In this document: positions 1 through 13,600 of the stretch, in pieces | Position numbering within the stretch: position 1 is the stretch's first letter | How the letters are laid out: the number at the start of each line of letters is the position of its first letter | Assembly (NCBI GenBank): GCA_030704615.1 | Contig: CM060732.1 | Span: forward strand, 59,396,001 to 59,460,000 | Source: Takakia lepidozioides | Taxonomy: Eukaryota > Plantae > Bryophyta | Length of the DNA stretch: 64,000 nt | Reading direction: 5' to 3' | The notes under the pieces: generated by a model | The model's input: the letters and a program-made list of their open reading frames with translations, nothing else | Told to the model about the DNA's origin: nothing | Databases searched by the model: none | Made by a program: the position numbers and the translations under genes

Positions 1-1019
1 TTACACCAATTTAAACAAATTAGTGAATTGTTTGTCTGATTGAGGAGAACTCAATGAAATTGCTTGCATATCTACAAGGTAAGTACACAATTGAATGCAT
101 CTCTTGATGTGCATAGATTTCAATGATAGTCAAGAGATATTTCTACATGCCATGGAGGATATCACTGTACCTATCAGGAATATCTGAGGGCTGACAGCCC
201 AGCTGAAGTGTTTCCACCCCTGCTTTTGCCACATAAAACATAATTATCACTTTCTTGTCAACCCTCTGCAAAGATTACGTTCAATCTAAGTTCATGCTGG
301 GTCTTCCTTGCATTGCTGTCATACGCAAGTCTTCCTTACAAATAGCTCAAGAGTAAAACAAAATTTATAACGTTCATCGGGGCGGGGGGGGGCCAAGGTC
401 CATATACAAAGTCGAACAACAAGAAAACCACATCCAAAGAGGAAACTAATAAGATACCACCCCACAGAACATGTAAGATATGCAGTCAGACAAGGTTATA
501 TCCAGTGAGAGTTGGCAGGAGCAACCTGGCAGTTGATCAATGCCAAATTGATCCAAATCTTGAATGGTGCACTCCATCTACACCCAAACAGCTCTAATTA
601 GTTATGACTGCACGCACATTGCAGGTTGATTCCAGCCAGGTCAGGTCATCTCTTCGAGACTCCCAAGATACGGCTTAGTTAAAGTACATATCGCTACCAT
701 AAGACAAGGTCATTAAAGAAAGAGGTCACAACAAAGTGACGAACCCAAGGTTACACACAGCTGAACAAACATCAGGATTACCTCAGCCTCAAAAAACTCC
801 ACTTCCATGTCACTGGTTTCACTGTCGTCAGTACCTCTGGAAGAATACTCTCCATTCTCTATTACAAGCTCTCGGCCATTATTGGGTTCAATTAGAGGCA
901 GATGCTTGACTGTCGCCCTCAGCTTTTGGCGCCCCTCCATTTCCCGGGTGCATATCTGGCTTCCCGATGTCAAAGCACACGACAAACATCACTTACAAGT
1001 AGGGATGCATACCGTTCTC

Positions 1020-1851
1020 ATATAACAGACAAGTGCAAGGAGAGAGGAAATGTACTCAGAAGACGTTTGTCACAGCCTTGTGGCCATAGACCGTAAGGAG
1101 ACAGAATGTACTCATAAGACATTGTTTGCCGTAGCCTTGTGGCCATAGACCCTGCGCCCAGTTTGGGCGAAACAGAAGGGACCAGAAAGTACCTTTGTGA
1201 GGGGCTCACTCCGGTAGTGTGACTTACCTTGGTATAAATAATTAGTTCGGGCTTTCCAGATATCCTCTAGAATGCCCTTCACACAAGCATCAATATCCTG
1301 TTGTGAGCGGCCCAAAAGTTAGACCCCAACAGGGCTTCGGGTTTTAAGGCTCAGCCTGGTGCTGGGACAGTGTCTTGATTGTCCTGAAGAGGGTCACTCT
1401 CTGGTGAGAATATCCCGGACAATGTATCAGAAAATGGACATTATCTTCAGGTTGCCCACACATCGGGCAATTACAATTTCCTCTTCCTCTCTGCATCTGT
1501 TTGTTGTTCAGAGGTAGGTTTCCCACCTACCTGCCCTTGGCACTATACTGAAATTGAAACCTTGAGATCATCCTTAAGGTCCTCGCCCATGTCATAGACT
1601 GGAGACAAGTTTTTTATGCCTAACTCCATTTTCATTGGACAGTCTTTGGGCATCAGACATGGCTTTGGACACAACCCCCTCCAGGACACTTTTTCCAGTA
1701 GGGGGTCAATTCTTCTGGACTGATAGTCAGATACTTGAAAAACTCTTCTACCCTTTTCCCACCAAGACTTAGCCTGTTTAACAGGATGGTCTTGCTTCCA
1801 AGAAATAGTGTCAATTATCTTAGAGTATCTGGTATTAGGCATGCAATTCAA
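1020..1851 (-). mobile_element. LINE 3' end fragment (late ORF2, C-terminal CCHC finger, 3' region), degraded
   Basis: Minus-strand ORF pieces read KVSWRGLCPKP..ELGIKNL (like the L1 post-RT 'VSW..LC.PK..GGLGI' motif), CPMCGQPEDNVHFLIHCPGY (CCHC finger) and IWKARTN. Sequence 1100-1350 recurs at 22875-23165 and partly at 23330-23405. Confidence 0.65.
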
Positions 1852-1980
1852 CTCACCCCACCATCTGACCTTGAATTCATCACGTCAAGAGGGATATGCC
1901 AAACTCGCCCCGAACAGTCACATTAGCTGTTCTAGAACAAGCTGACATGCTTTCATTGTGCACCGTGACCTGAATGGATT

Positions 1981-2600
1981 CTAGAGCTTTAGCACGACTG
2001 AAATTGTCGACCCACACAGCAGACGTAAGGTTCTATCATCACGGAGAACCAACAATGTCTCTCGATAGAAATGGAGTTTTGTTGTGAGATTGGGGCTTCC
2101 AAGTTCTCCTGACATGTAGTTCCATAAGCTCCCTTCTAATGAGTCTGTTGTGATCCTGTTTGGATGTGATTTCCACCTCTTCTGGATTTTGTGGCAATAG
2201 CGAAGCAACAGAGAGTCCATTGCGCTCAAAAAAACTGCACACTCGAGCATACCAGGAGTGCTTGAAACCTGCTGTTTTGAGCCTAATAGATGTTGCGAGG
2301 GCTCTTGCCACGAGCCCCTTGGGTGGGATGGCTTCTAACCTTTTAAGAAAGATTGAAATAGAAAGAGAGACATAAAGAAACTTGCTAACGTCTATGGGTG
2401 GCCCAAGGGTCCTTGAGACCACGAGAGAAACAGTGTTCTCAAATATAAAAGCGGCAAAGGGGAGGGAAAATTGCCAGGAGCAAGACAGATAGATGGTACA
2501 GTGGAGAGACAAACAGATGTAACGTAAACACAGCTGCAAAGGCACCGATATCCATCAGATCTCAAGGAGGTTAACAGTCTTACTGACCTCATCAAAAGTC
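1981..2600 (-). mobile_element. RTEX/L2-like LINE ORF2 fragment, frameshifted
   Basis: Reads LGPPIDV..FLKRLEAIPPKGLVARALATSIRL..HSWYARVCSFF, then W..KLHFY in another frame. This resembles the post-RT region of RTEX/L2/CR1-type ORF2. Confidence 0.45.
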
Positions 2601-4484
2601 AGGTCAAACCATTCATCCAGCAAGCAAAATGCATTCCGATGAGTGAGCAGGATAACCTGCAACTCCATCCCAAGCAGACAACATAATGGAAACTTCAATG
2701 GGAGAATCACATGACCAATATGTGCATTTAGCAAGCTCGACCTGAGACAACAACCTGCTCTTCTTCTCTACATTGCAGATATACCTGGCGGATGCCATTC
2801 ACCATGAGCTTCTCTGCACGATTTTGTATTCCCCAATAGCTGCACCAGAGAAACACAGACAGCCACATTAGTGAGCCAGGCACAAAGAGGGGCAGGCTCA
2901 GGTTGATAGCAAGTTTGCTTTCTCTTGTAAGAAAAGCCAGATTGGAAAAGATATTGAAACCTCCTTCAAACTGAGGATCTGAAAAATTGTGTGGGCAACT
3001 TAACACTTCAAATTCTCTCCTGACAAGCAAATCCTTCTCCTTGCAATTCATGTTCTGCTAGAAAACCTATTTCTTACAACCCTAATTGTGCCCCTTCTAA
3101 GATTTGACTACGAAAGCAATTGCCACACTGGGATGCAGAACTACTCTAGAAAACGTTATTTGTGCTGGCCGCTCATGTTAAGTCTTCCCAGACAAAAAAA
3201 ATCTGAACTGACTCCAGTGAGGCATATGAACTGCTTGGAGCATTGCAAAATTTACTATGATCAACCTCATATTTACTGCAAGCTGACAAAAGGATGAAAT
3301 GTATGACAGGACCCTGTTACCTACTTGGCTTCCACCTTGACCAACTTGTATGCGCACATCACTGGCTCTACATTACCACGCCAATTCTTCGCTAGAGGTC
3401 CCCGCCTGTTCCACCAATCAGACACCCACAATCATGATCTAGCTACTCTCTCATGCTGTCTCTACAGAGTTTCTGCACTAAACCCCTGTCAAGCCATGGT
3501 CTGAAACTTCACTAGTGAATGCTTAGATCTTCTGTTGAAATTAATAGCAAGGCTCCTGAACAAATGTTAAGTACCTCGCTCAACAACAACACTTACCCAG
3601 TCTTCTTTGATTTGTACAGCTTGGGGTCAAGTTCTGCTCGGTAGTCTCGTTTTGGAATCTGAGCACGGCATATACACTGACTTCAGACTAGATTTCAATG
3701 TGGGTCCTAAAACAGGTATCACCAGTGCACACGTACTATCTATTGAAGCCATGACAACTGTCGAGACTGGTACTGGCTTTTACTAACCTCCATGTATTAC
3801 GTCTATTTACGGTCTGCCCTTTGCATCCCTTTACTTCTGCCCTAATATTACAAGTAATACCAACCTGGTCGTACGCAATGTCGACAATGTCGACTTTGCG
3901 GATGGTAAGGTCAGATCCACTGAGGCCAAAAATGTTATCCTTAGACCCATTGTCCTCCATATGCATGCTCCACATCTCTATCTTCAACTGCTCCCAAAAT
4001 CCCATGAAACAATAAGCAGAAGAAATGTAGTGTCAGATGAGGTACTTCACAATCTGGTCTCCCAAGAAAACCCCTTTCCAACCCCTTATATGGACACTCA
4101 AGAGAGAACCCCTACAAATTCTACTCTTCCAACATGGCACGGGAGATTGAACAAAGCAAATGTTAAGGCAATGCGTCAGACCTTGTGGAAGAAGGGGATT
4201 GAAATGACAGTGCGGCTGAAGGGGTATGTCATCCAGGTCCTTTCATCAATAATTAACGCATTGGATGGCACCAGGCACGTAACCTGTCACCATCCTCCCT
4301 TGTCAGGACATTTCAACTCTGTACATTGTTTCTGGCATTGACCTCTACAGACCGACGTATGCTGACTGAGGCCTTATCCCCCGTCAGAACATCGGAGAGT
4401 CTTTCTTACTTGCTTGTTCATCCACCTCTCTCTATCTGACTCACTCACTCTCTTGGTTTGTTCTGTGCTTCAATTTGAGTTGAT

Positions 4485-5006
4485 TTGGCAATCTCATTTT
4501 TACAGTTCTTTGATGACTCAACCCTTGAGGCCATCTCTCTACCTCTCTTCCCTGTAGACATAATTACAAATTACCTTTCAGCACCCTTATCTCCTTCCCT
4601 CTTGAGGGCATTGGGGCGGTTCAGGGTGGGTTCCCACAACCTACGGATAGAGACTGGCAGATGGGAAAACCTGCAACGGGAGGACCGCCTATGTCCAGCT
4701 TGCATAGGGCGCAGCAAGGAAATTGAAACTGAAGAACACTTCTTCTACTGCCCTCTATACTACGAGATCCGTGGGAGATTTCACTGTTTATTCAGTGGAA
4801 CCCAAACTCTCACTGATGTCTTTCACTATGAGGATCAAAAATGCGTGGCAGCCTACCTACACAAGGCCTTCACCCTTAGACAATCGCTAGAACATTAATT
4901 GTGGTTTCTGGATTTGTTCCTCTCTCATGTTTTCTTCCATTTTGTCCCATAAGCTCTACGAGCTTTCCGCGGACGTTATAAAGCACCATTTCATTTCATT
5001 TCATTT
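4485..5006 (+). mobile_element. RTEX/L2-type LINE 3' end with (CATTT)n tail
   Basis: ORF contains FRVGSHNLRIETGRW..REDRLCPAC..ETEEHFFYCPLYYEIR, stop at 4898, a short 3' UTR, then (CATTT)4 at 4987-5006. Confidence 0.75.
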
Positions 5007-5800
5007 CTCTGTCCCTGCTTGATGTATTTCTGGACATTTGATGTCAGTCATGTACCCAATCAGGTAACCGGTCTCCAAGGCGATAAAGGCTGTGAGTGTA
5101 CATGCCCTCTCCCCAGACCTCATCTTTGTAAGGCACACTTGAAAGCAGCTGTTCCCTCCATCCACACATCAAGAACATTTGAAGTTAAAAACCTAAAGCT
5201 AGAGTACTGATGAAGGAAATAGCATGATTGAAAACATACTACTAAAGGGTGGGCTTCTTTCTCTTTGTAGCTTTAGATCAATGCCTCCAGATACCTTAAG
5301 AGGCTTCAGAAATGTGAAGAATGAAACTCTGGTCAAGAGCAAACCTGGCCTCCCTGGCCCTCTGAGGTGTTGTATTCATTTGTCTTCCAGTTTGCAAATC
5401 TCTGTGCCCTCCTAAATTCTTCCACTGCCAGGCCACCACAACTTTGAATCAAAGAATCGGTAGTACACCACCACCATAGCCTTTTGAGTGAGAATAAAAC
5501 CCAACCACAGCCAAGAAGAGAAGAAAGAAGAAATCTCCACCTAATGCCACCAAGGCCCATGAGACAGGTGGAACAAACCAAGAACCACCCAGAGAGGAAG
5601 CACTTCTCATAGCTTAAGGCCTGCAAGGCCCAAGGACTCTCTGAAAAGACACCAGTATCTGTTTCGGATGCACTACCGAGACATGGTATTCTCTTTTGAC
5701 TTGGCTTTATAGAATGGGAAAATCATATGCTAGAGAGAGAGAGAAAGTACTCATGCCATTCCCTTGCACAGGTTGGCTTTCCTATAGACGTTGATAGACT

Positions 5801-5824
5801 AGAGAGAGAGAGAGAGAGAGAGAG
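5801..5824. repeat. (AG)n microsatellite
   Basis: Pure AG run; a shorter one lies at about 5732-5744. Confidence 0.9.
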
Positions 5825-8800
5825 GTTTTGGGAAATACCTTTCATGGGGAGAACTATCTGCATCTCTGTGATGTGCACCATTTTCGCACCTTGTGCCCCC
5901 TTGGTCTAAATTCAAGCCAAGAGATTCTTATTCTTCCTACCCCCAACCCTTTGCTCCTATTGAACTGTCAAGGTGTGGTGCACACCCATAAGTAATGGTC
6001 ATCTGTCAGCCTCCAGAAACTCCTGGAATTTCGTAGCATTTGAATGATTTGTTGTGAGGTATGATTGGTCGAGCAATCAGCCAGACAATCTGAAAAAACT
6101 AAATGGCAGAAATGTGAATGGAAAACTTATGCAATGGGCGCAGTTAAACTACCTCACCAATGTGAGGGGGAGTCAATTGGAGGCGGTACAATGAGCAGAT
6201 TAATGAGCTTCACCAAAGGACAAGTCAGATCGATGTTGATTGGACTCAATGGATGCAGATGGCAAACGTCTAAGAACGCAAGAATATGCCAGCACGAGAA
6301 ATGTGGAAGATCAGTATTCAAGCAGTGAGAGAGGGAATAGAGGTAAGGACGACTTGGAGCTGAATTTCGAAAATTTGTCCATGACAGCTTTCCAAAGACA
6401 CAAGGAAAACCCATTTGAAGTAGCTCTTTTGACGTCACTTCCGTCTACATTGCTTAAATGCTAGATGAGAATAAACGCTCCTGGGATTCCTTTCTATTTA
6501 AACAGCCCAAAACAGTAGCGTGCAATTGTAACTAAAGTTTGAAATCGGACACAAGCAAGAAAGGAAGGAAATTGAGTCAACTACAGGTCTGACGAATGCC
6601 AGTTGGAAATACTACACCCCTGCAAGAGAAGGGTTGAAGAGACAGTGTCTAGCTAAAGGAGAATGTTTAAACGGAAGGAGAGAAGATACATAGAATACTT
6701 CAGCTCCCAAGACGGGGTGGCCAGGAAAACGGCGGTCACGCAACAGCAGAGGACGCAAGCATTAACCCAACTTCCAGAAATAACCTTCATAACAACAGTA
6801 ATTAATCTCCACCCACAAAACACGCGTACAAAATGTGAGATGTGGACAGAAAAGAAAACTTCAACTTCCGAGTAAGGTGGAGACTGTGACAAAGCCTCCA
6901 ACTCTACCCAAAGAGAGAACCAGCAAGACCGAGAGAGAACAACTAGAATTTATACCCTCTGGTACTTTAGTCAGCAACAGACAGCTAAAATCTGTTGCTA
7001 CAGAAACCCCCTCTCTCCAGCATCTGAGGAATCTGCGCGGCATCACATGCATTCCAAGAAACCGCATGCGGAGGAAAAGAAAAAAGCAAAGATCGACAGG
7101 TCGACCCGCTCGACACGCTACGTCCCCGCCAAGGCAGGGCGGGCCCATACTTTGTTTTGTTTCTGTGTTGTTTCTTTCTGTTCTTTCAAGTTCTTTCGCT
7201 CTGATACCCAAGAGACTCATTTTGCCCCACACTTGTGCTCACAGCGAAGAATGTGTGAATTCAACTTCCTGCCCGATCGACGCTTCCCCACTAATACTTC
7301 CTTGTCAGCAATTCACACAAATCTTGCACTGGAATTGGAACATATCGAAATCTCCAGCCCTCAAATCATTTCTGTACTTGGCATCTGCCGTAGTATGGAC
7401 GATGATTGTGCTGACAAAAGAAGCAAGGCATTCCGGGTCCCGGAAGATAGGAACTGGATCCCTGGTATTCATGAGGAGCCCCACAAGAGCATGCATTCAA
7501 TGGTAGCACCAACATTCTGACACCACTTTTGAATCTGCCCAACACAAAAGGGCAATCATTTATTTTCTTTTTGCTGATCTTTTGGGCGATTACCAAGATT
7601 GGCCCTTTAGCCTACTAGCCAAACAAAATGACTACGGCCATTTTGGGTGGCCGCTGAAGGGGAAGTTTGGTTTATGAGCAGCTGACTCGGCCCTTGCGCC
7701 GTTTTGTGAAGGCGTGGAGGAGGGCGGCAGGGCTCCATCAGCTGCCCTTCCCCTACACAACACCCACAAGGAACAAGAGTTTTGTTAGGATTAAGTTGAG
7801 GGGTCGTGGTGGGTGACGATGACGCAGGTGCCGATGTATGTGCAGGATTTTCGGTTAAAGACGGCCCGCAGGGTTTCCGTGTGGGAAGCAGCTTGGACTG
7901 AAAGGACATTGAACTGGTGTATTTGACTAGGTCATGGAGTCAGAAGGATGTCGTTCTAAGTTAGAATCGGTTGACCAGTTAGCATTGTCCATTTTGGATT
8001 CCTAACCCTAACCCTGATGTAATATAGCAATTTCGACACTACCGATTCATGACCTTGTTTGAGATCTACAAGAATGAACAATGAACGGTTGAACTATGTT
8101 GCTAACTATCTCCACAAAAGCACTTTCAGTGGTTTCACCCTATGGACTGCAAGATCCTAACTTTTTGGAGGGCTGCAACTTGGAATGCGACCAAAATATG
8201 TACCCCAATCATTCCAAAAGAAAATCAAGCAAAGGGGCCAAGACATCTAGCACGTTGTCTGAATTAGGGTGGCTATTTGCATGGGGCCACATGGCTATTG
8301 CATCATGCCCCTAATAACTTCAAAAAGTTACAACTTTTTGGAAAAATGGGGAAGGCCAAAGGTTTAAGAAATTATTTATTCTAAAAAAATTAAAAAATTA
8401 AAGATTCTTGCATTCAAACGGAATGAGCATAATTTGTATAGCCGGCATTTGTATATTATACTAGGGTTTCATTTGAACTTATAATGATAGAAGCATTCAA
8501 TAGATGAACCAATCATATGGCACAACAAGTGGTCGCGGGTTAATCCCTAAGCGCTCATGCGGCCCGAAACGGGCCTTTAGCCATTTTGTGGAAAGCATAA
8601 CTTGGCAAGATCTGAGTCATTTTTTTTTTTAAATAGACAATGAGAAGGTGCTCCATATCCACAAGACGTGCGCAAAAGCGATTGACAGAATTTTAGGTTT
8701 AGGGCGAGAAATGGTGATTCGAGCAGCAAGGGTAGGTGGCTACTGCTTCTCGCGCTTTCATTTGCTTCTAGTACTTCTAGCCTCAATGAGGCTAAAGGCG

Positions 8801-9477
8801 ATGGCATGAAGGATGGGTAAAGCACCTAACACACTGATTTCAATTTGGTGGATGACATTCTTTCCCATATTCTTAATTCCTACTCTTTGTAATCTTTCCA
8901 AATGGATGATCGTGATACAGCTGGTCGAGACCAATCACTGGAGGATTTGGGTATCTTGGGCCAAACTGTTAAAGTCCTACAATGCTTGAAGCTGCCTCTT
9001 CATCAACCCCCTGTGTGGATGTATGGGACTATGATTGAACGTACTTGGAACATTGTGTTGTGTTCTTCCTCATATATCCATTGGTTACGTGCAATATATC
9101 TGTTCGAATTTATGCGAGTTCATAGTTATAGATGCAGATGACTTGTCATGCTCTATGAAAGATATGCTTGGCATTCCTATTGTACTGTAAGAGGATTCGG
9201 ACTCGGATGGGGAATTCGAAATTGATGACACTGACACTGACTTCGATCTTGCTGAAGAGGTTCGAACCAACCCTGCAACAATAGATGAACGTGATTTAGA
9301 AGATTTTTGTGTTGACGCCGGCTACCCATCCGTGAATTGGGTTTGTATGATTTGCCTGATGACTAGCAAACTGACCAGCAACAGACTTGTTCGAGAACGA
9401 CATGTGGAATTGTGAGCAAATTCCAGAGGTGACATGGATTAAAAGAGAGGATATTGTAGGGAGGCAGGGGCCGGGAG

Positions 9478-9503
9478 AGATAGATAGATAGATAGATAGA
9501 TAG
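9478..9503. repeat. (GATA)n microsatellite
   Basis: Six or more GATA units. Confidence 0.9.
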
Positions 9504-9559
9504 ACTTTATTTGGGTGAAAATGTTAGGCCAATTGATTTCTCCAATTTGTTTTAGCCCA

Positions 9560-10210
9560 TATTCATCATGCATAAATAGGGAAGGAAATCGCTCTATCAT
9601 CCTTGAGGCGGTAGATGCGATCAAAAACTGAGCATTTGGCATGCTTTTTTGGATTACCAGGTTCGAACAACGATATTAACGTCCTTGATAGATCACTTGT
9701 AATTCAACACCTTCTCCATTCTGATGCAGGGACAATTCCATTTTCGTCAATGGTAATGAGTATCCTTGCTGCTACCTTCTTACGGATGGGATCTATCCCA
9801 ACTGGTCTTGCTTTGTCCAAAGTATACAACAACCTCATTTAATGAGAAACACAAGTACTATGCAAAAATGCAAGAAGGAGTGAGGAAAGATATTGAAAGG
9901 TACTTTAGAGTTTTGCAATCCCGGTTCGCCATTGTGAGCAATCCTTGTAGACTTTGAGATAAGAAAACTATTGGGATGGTGATAACAGCTTGCATTACAC
10001 TTCATAATATGATTATAGAGGATGAGAATGGTGACGCCACATTGAACCATGATTATCTCTTTGAATGAGCACGGCTGCCAGAGCTTCATCGACAATTCAC
10101 TTTTGAGGAATGGCAAGCAAATACCAGCAACATGCGTAATGAGAACATGCACTTTAGGCTAAGGAGAGACCTTGTAGAGCACCATTGGATTCTAAGAGGC
10201 AATCATCATA
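9560..10210 (+). pseudogene. PIF/Harbinger DDE transposase (plant HARBI1-like) pseudogene
   Basis: Motifs IILEAV, FFGLPGSNNDINVLDRS, DGIYPNWSCFV, QEGVRKDIERYFRVLQSRFAIV and ACITLHNMIIEDE, spread over several frames with stops. Confidence 0.85.
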
Positions 10211-10239
10211 GAAGCTTAGCATAGTTTACAAACCCTTTT

Positions 10240-10695
10240 ATGCAAAGTGGGGTCAATCTGCTTGGCAGCTTGGCATGAGCTTGGTATGTCATGTAGACAT
10301 TCAAAATTCTTTGCTTACTATTTGGTTGATTTTTTCTCGTTGTGTTTTTGGGAATCAACAAGAACAGATCTGTGTGGTTCCAATGATATATAGTATGCAT
10401 GATTTGGACTCCTTTAGCCATTCCATTTAATTTTTTATGCAAGGTGAGGTCAAGCTGCTTGGCAGCTTAGCAGCTTGGTACATGTAGACATTCAAAATTC
10501 TCTTCTTACTAATTTGGTTGGTTGTATCTCATTTTTTTTTGTGGGATCAGCAAGAGCAAGTCTATCTGGTTCTAATGATATATAGCATGCATGATTTGGA
10601 CTCATTTAGCCCTCCCATTTAATTTCTTATGCAAGGTAGGGTCATTTTGCTTGGCAGCTTGGCACATATAGACATTCAAAATTCTCTTCTTACTC
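10240..10695. repeat. ~190-bp tandem repeat, about 2.4 copies
   Basis: ATGCAA(A/G)GT..GGTCA..GCTTGGCAGCTT..TAGACATTCAAAATTCT recurs at about 10240, 10437 and 10629. Confidence 0.8.
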
Positions 10696-13600
10696 GTAGT
10701 AGTGATCGATTAGACCTCTTGAACTAGCTTTGAAGATCATGGGCACATTGTGACTAAGGAGAACTATTTCTGTAACTCTGTTTTATCCCATGACTTGACT
10801 ACTAAGAGCCTCTATGGCATTGAGACTACCAAAACCAAACGTTGTGGGATATCCTAGTTGTTTGGAATTAAGGAGAGGTAGTGAGAGAGGAAGGTTGCAG
10901 TGGATCAGGATGCATATCTCTGGGAGAATGTGTACTTTGACATAGTATAATATTGATCAGAAACTTGTGAATTTGTTTTCTACTGCTGTGAGCCCTGTGA
11001 ATACAGACTGCTTTATGAGGCGTTGGTACGATGGTACTAGACGTCTTTGTGACCATCTCCATTGTCTTTAAACACTAGAAAAAACACATGAGAGTGTGGA
11101 TGTCTAAGGCTAATTGCAAGGTTATTACAGTATACAAACTCATGACCACAAGTGGTGGTACAAGCTACATACGTCCATTCTGTTGACACAAGTTTGGTGA
11201 ATGGATCATACATCATTTACATGGAACTCATGAGATGAAGAGGATGAACACCACGTTCACATCTATTTTCAATTTGGAGGTGACTAAATATAGGTTGGTT
11301 GAAGGGTGGGTTGGTCCATGAGAACAGTAATGCGTCCAATGGCTGCAGCTGTACCCAATCCAGTAGGCATACATTCCACTCTTAGAAGCCTTAGGAGGAA
11401 GAAGTGTGCCTCATGTGGTGCAAGACAGAGGTGCTTCTGCATGTTGTGTGGAGATGCGCCTGTCTGGTTGGGGACCTACTTTGTGAGGCATCACAATAGT
11501 ATGTGACTCCGAATTTCTAATTTTGGGGGATCTGTTTGCTACTGCTAAGAGATGGTTGCTAGTACAAATGAGGGGGAAACCTCTAATCATTATCCTCATA
11601 TGATTGTAATCGTATGTCTATGCTTCAATATTGTTATAATGTGCCTATGTGTCGGTGGTTATATGCTTGGTTTTGGTTATGAAGAGATTCTATTAGAGTT
11701 TGTTAAAGAGTCGTTATGATAGAGAATCAATTGTTAGGTTGTTGTTTAGGTAGCTTTCCATTTCACCTAATGCTTGTTTGCAAATTGAGAATGACGTAGA
11801 AGTCTTTATGGGGAAGTGTGTGACAGCTTATTTTAGTACCATGCGATTAGTTGAATTGCGTAGAAATCATTTTGTAACTGACATTGATTTTTGGTAATAT
11901 GACAACCTCTACCTCAACCCATTTTGACAAGAAGTGACATCAAGTGTAAGTGAATCTGGCTTGTATGCAGCTTTTGTTGTAGCCCATAATTTTCATGCAT
12001 ATATATATGGGCTGCAACTGCAGCAACACAATAGACGATTAAAGAGTGGGGTTGATGTAGCAAGACAATGAAAATATTTGTGCAAGTGTCTGTGTTGCAT
12101 CATGATCTCTATAATGTGTTTGTAAGGAATCAATACTAGGTATGAGTAATGTATTCCCCTTACCATGCGGGGGTGCACACAAGGGGGTTGGAGGGTTTAC
12201 ACCTCTTGTGTTCATAGATGGGCTGCCAAAATGGTAGTGGTATGGGTTCAAATCCTCTCCATATACAACTAGTTATAAGCACATATGGGCTGGTGGCCAA
12301 ATGATAGAGAAATTGAGAGTTCTGTGAGAAGATGGAGCTATAAAACTTATACATGCCAAAGTTCACATAATAATAAAAAATACCCATTTATTTTGACCAA
12401 CCATCAGGTTGTATTTTTGCCTAAATGGCCCAAGAAGTCATTTCCATTTTTTTCCAAATAACATGCAAAAGAATATAAGGTAACATATATTCTTTAAAGA
12501 TAAAATTTATAATATTTTTAGAATTAAAATTGAGTGTCATTATTTGTGGATTCCGTATTTAAATAAAAATAGTGTTATGAATATATGTTCCAATTATATA
12601 TTTTTCGAACTAATATAGGGGTGCCACAATGGTGAGGGACGTGTCGTTCGGTTTATTTGTATTGAGACTTCATAAATGACTAGTTGGACTTGGATGACAA
12701 GACTTAGACTCGGCTTGGATGAGATGACTTGATTTAGGGAGGATACGTTTTGGTTTAGTGTTGCTTTAGTTTCTTCTCACTTTGTCTTCTTCTCCTACTC
12801 AAGACGCTAGTTGTTGACCTCATTGTATTGCTGGAAGCTTCGGTTTATTCACTTGCTGTAAGGTTTCTCGCTCTCTTACATGAGGAATATTTTTTCACTA
12901 CACTCAAAATATGCAAGAGTTTTTCTCATTCATTTGATAGATACATTAGAGCATTAAGCAATAAAATATTTTGCACTCTAAGAAATTTTTTGTTTTATTT
13001 TTATGTTACTATAGGGGGTCAAATATTTGATGATTACAGTCAAATATAAAAAAATAGCCTGCCAGAGAATTGTGTATATTAAAAAATTTAAATAAATAGT
13101 GGATTAGAAAAATAAAAAAATACCACCATAAAAAATACCTCTTTATCGCATGTGATTTTCTAAACTATATAGGGAGTGGCTTCCCCGAGCTAAATGGTCT
13201 AATTTTTTCACAGACAGGTGGCGCAACACCTCACTTAGATTAAAAGCTCGGTCCACCAGCCTCATCTGATTCCACTCCGTCACCCAAAAATTAAAAAATA
13301 AATAAAATTGACATCTGGCCAAAACCCAAGCCTCGCCTACATTGGCATTTTTTGTAGATGTGGTCTGATTGGCCCAAATTTTGGCATGTAGGTGCGGGGG
13401 TAGGCACAGATCGTATCAGCAAATATTTAAATTATAAAAAATTAAAAAATTACACCCAATTTTGCAGCAGAGAATATTTTTGATTAAAAGTCAAACTACT
13501 CCCCCCGGTGTTTAGAGGTTAAAGCCACGTAAGTATGTGTCAATGTCACCCATTATGGTCAAGCTAGCTATAAAAAAAAGGGGGATAAGTGGATCAACAT

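Larger units (their letters stand above)
8544..13518 (+). mobile_element. piggyBac-like DNA transposon relic, with a Harbinger relic inside
   Basis: Transposase-like remnants at about 10740-11500: GHIVTKENYFS (DNYF-like), KKHMR-VDV..LQGYYSIQTHDHKWWYKL (like 'MGGVD..DQ..KWW'), VDTSLVNG and a Cys-rich end KKCASCGARQRCFCMLCG. An acidic stretch lies at about 9190-9310. Candidate ends are TTAA|TCCCTAAGCGC (8540-8554) and GTGTTTAGAGG|TTAA (13508-13522), a 7/11 match with all mismatches transitions. The ends are tentative. Confidence 0.6.

Noticed and set aside
6835-7909. Several overlapping 100-220 aa ORFs
   Set aside because: No convincing motif (ILHWN and AGDFD are weak hints on opposite strands); probably decayed retroelement sequence.
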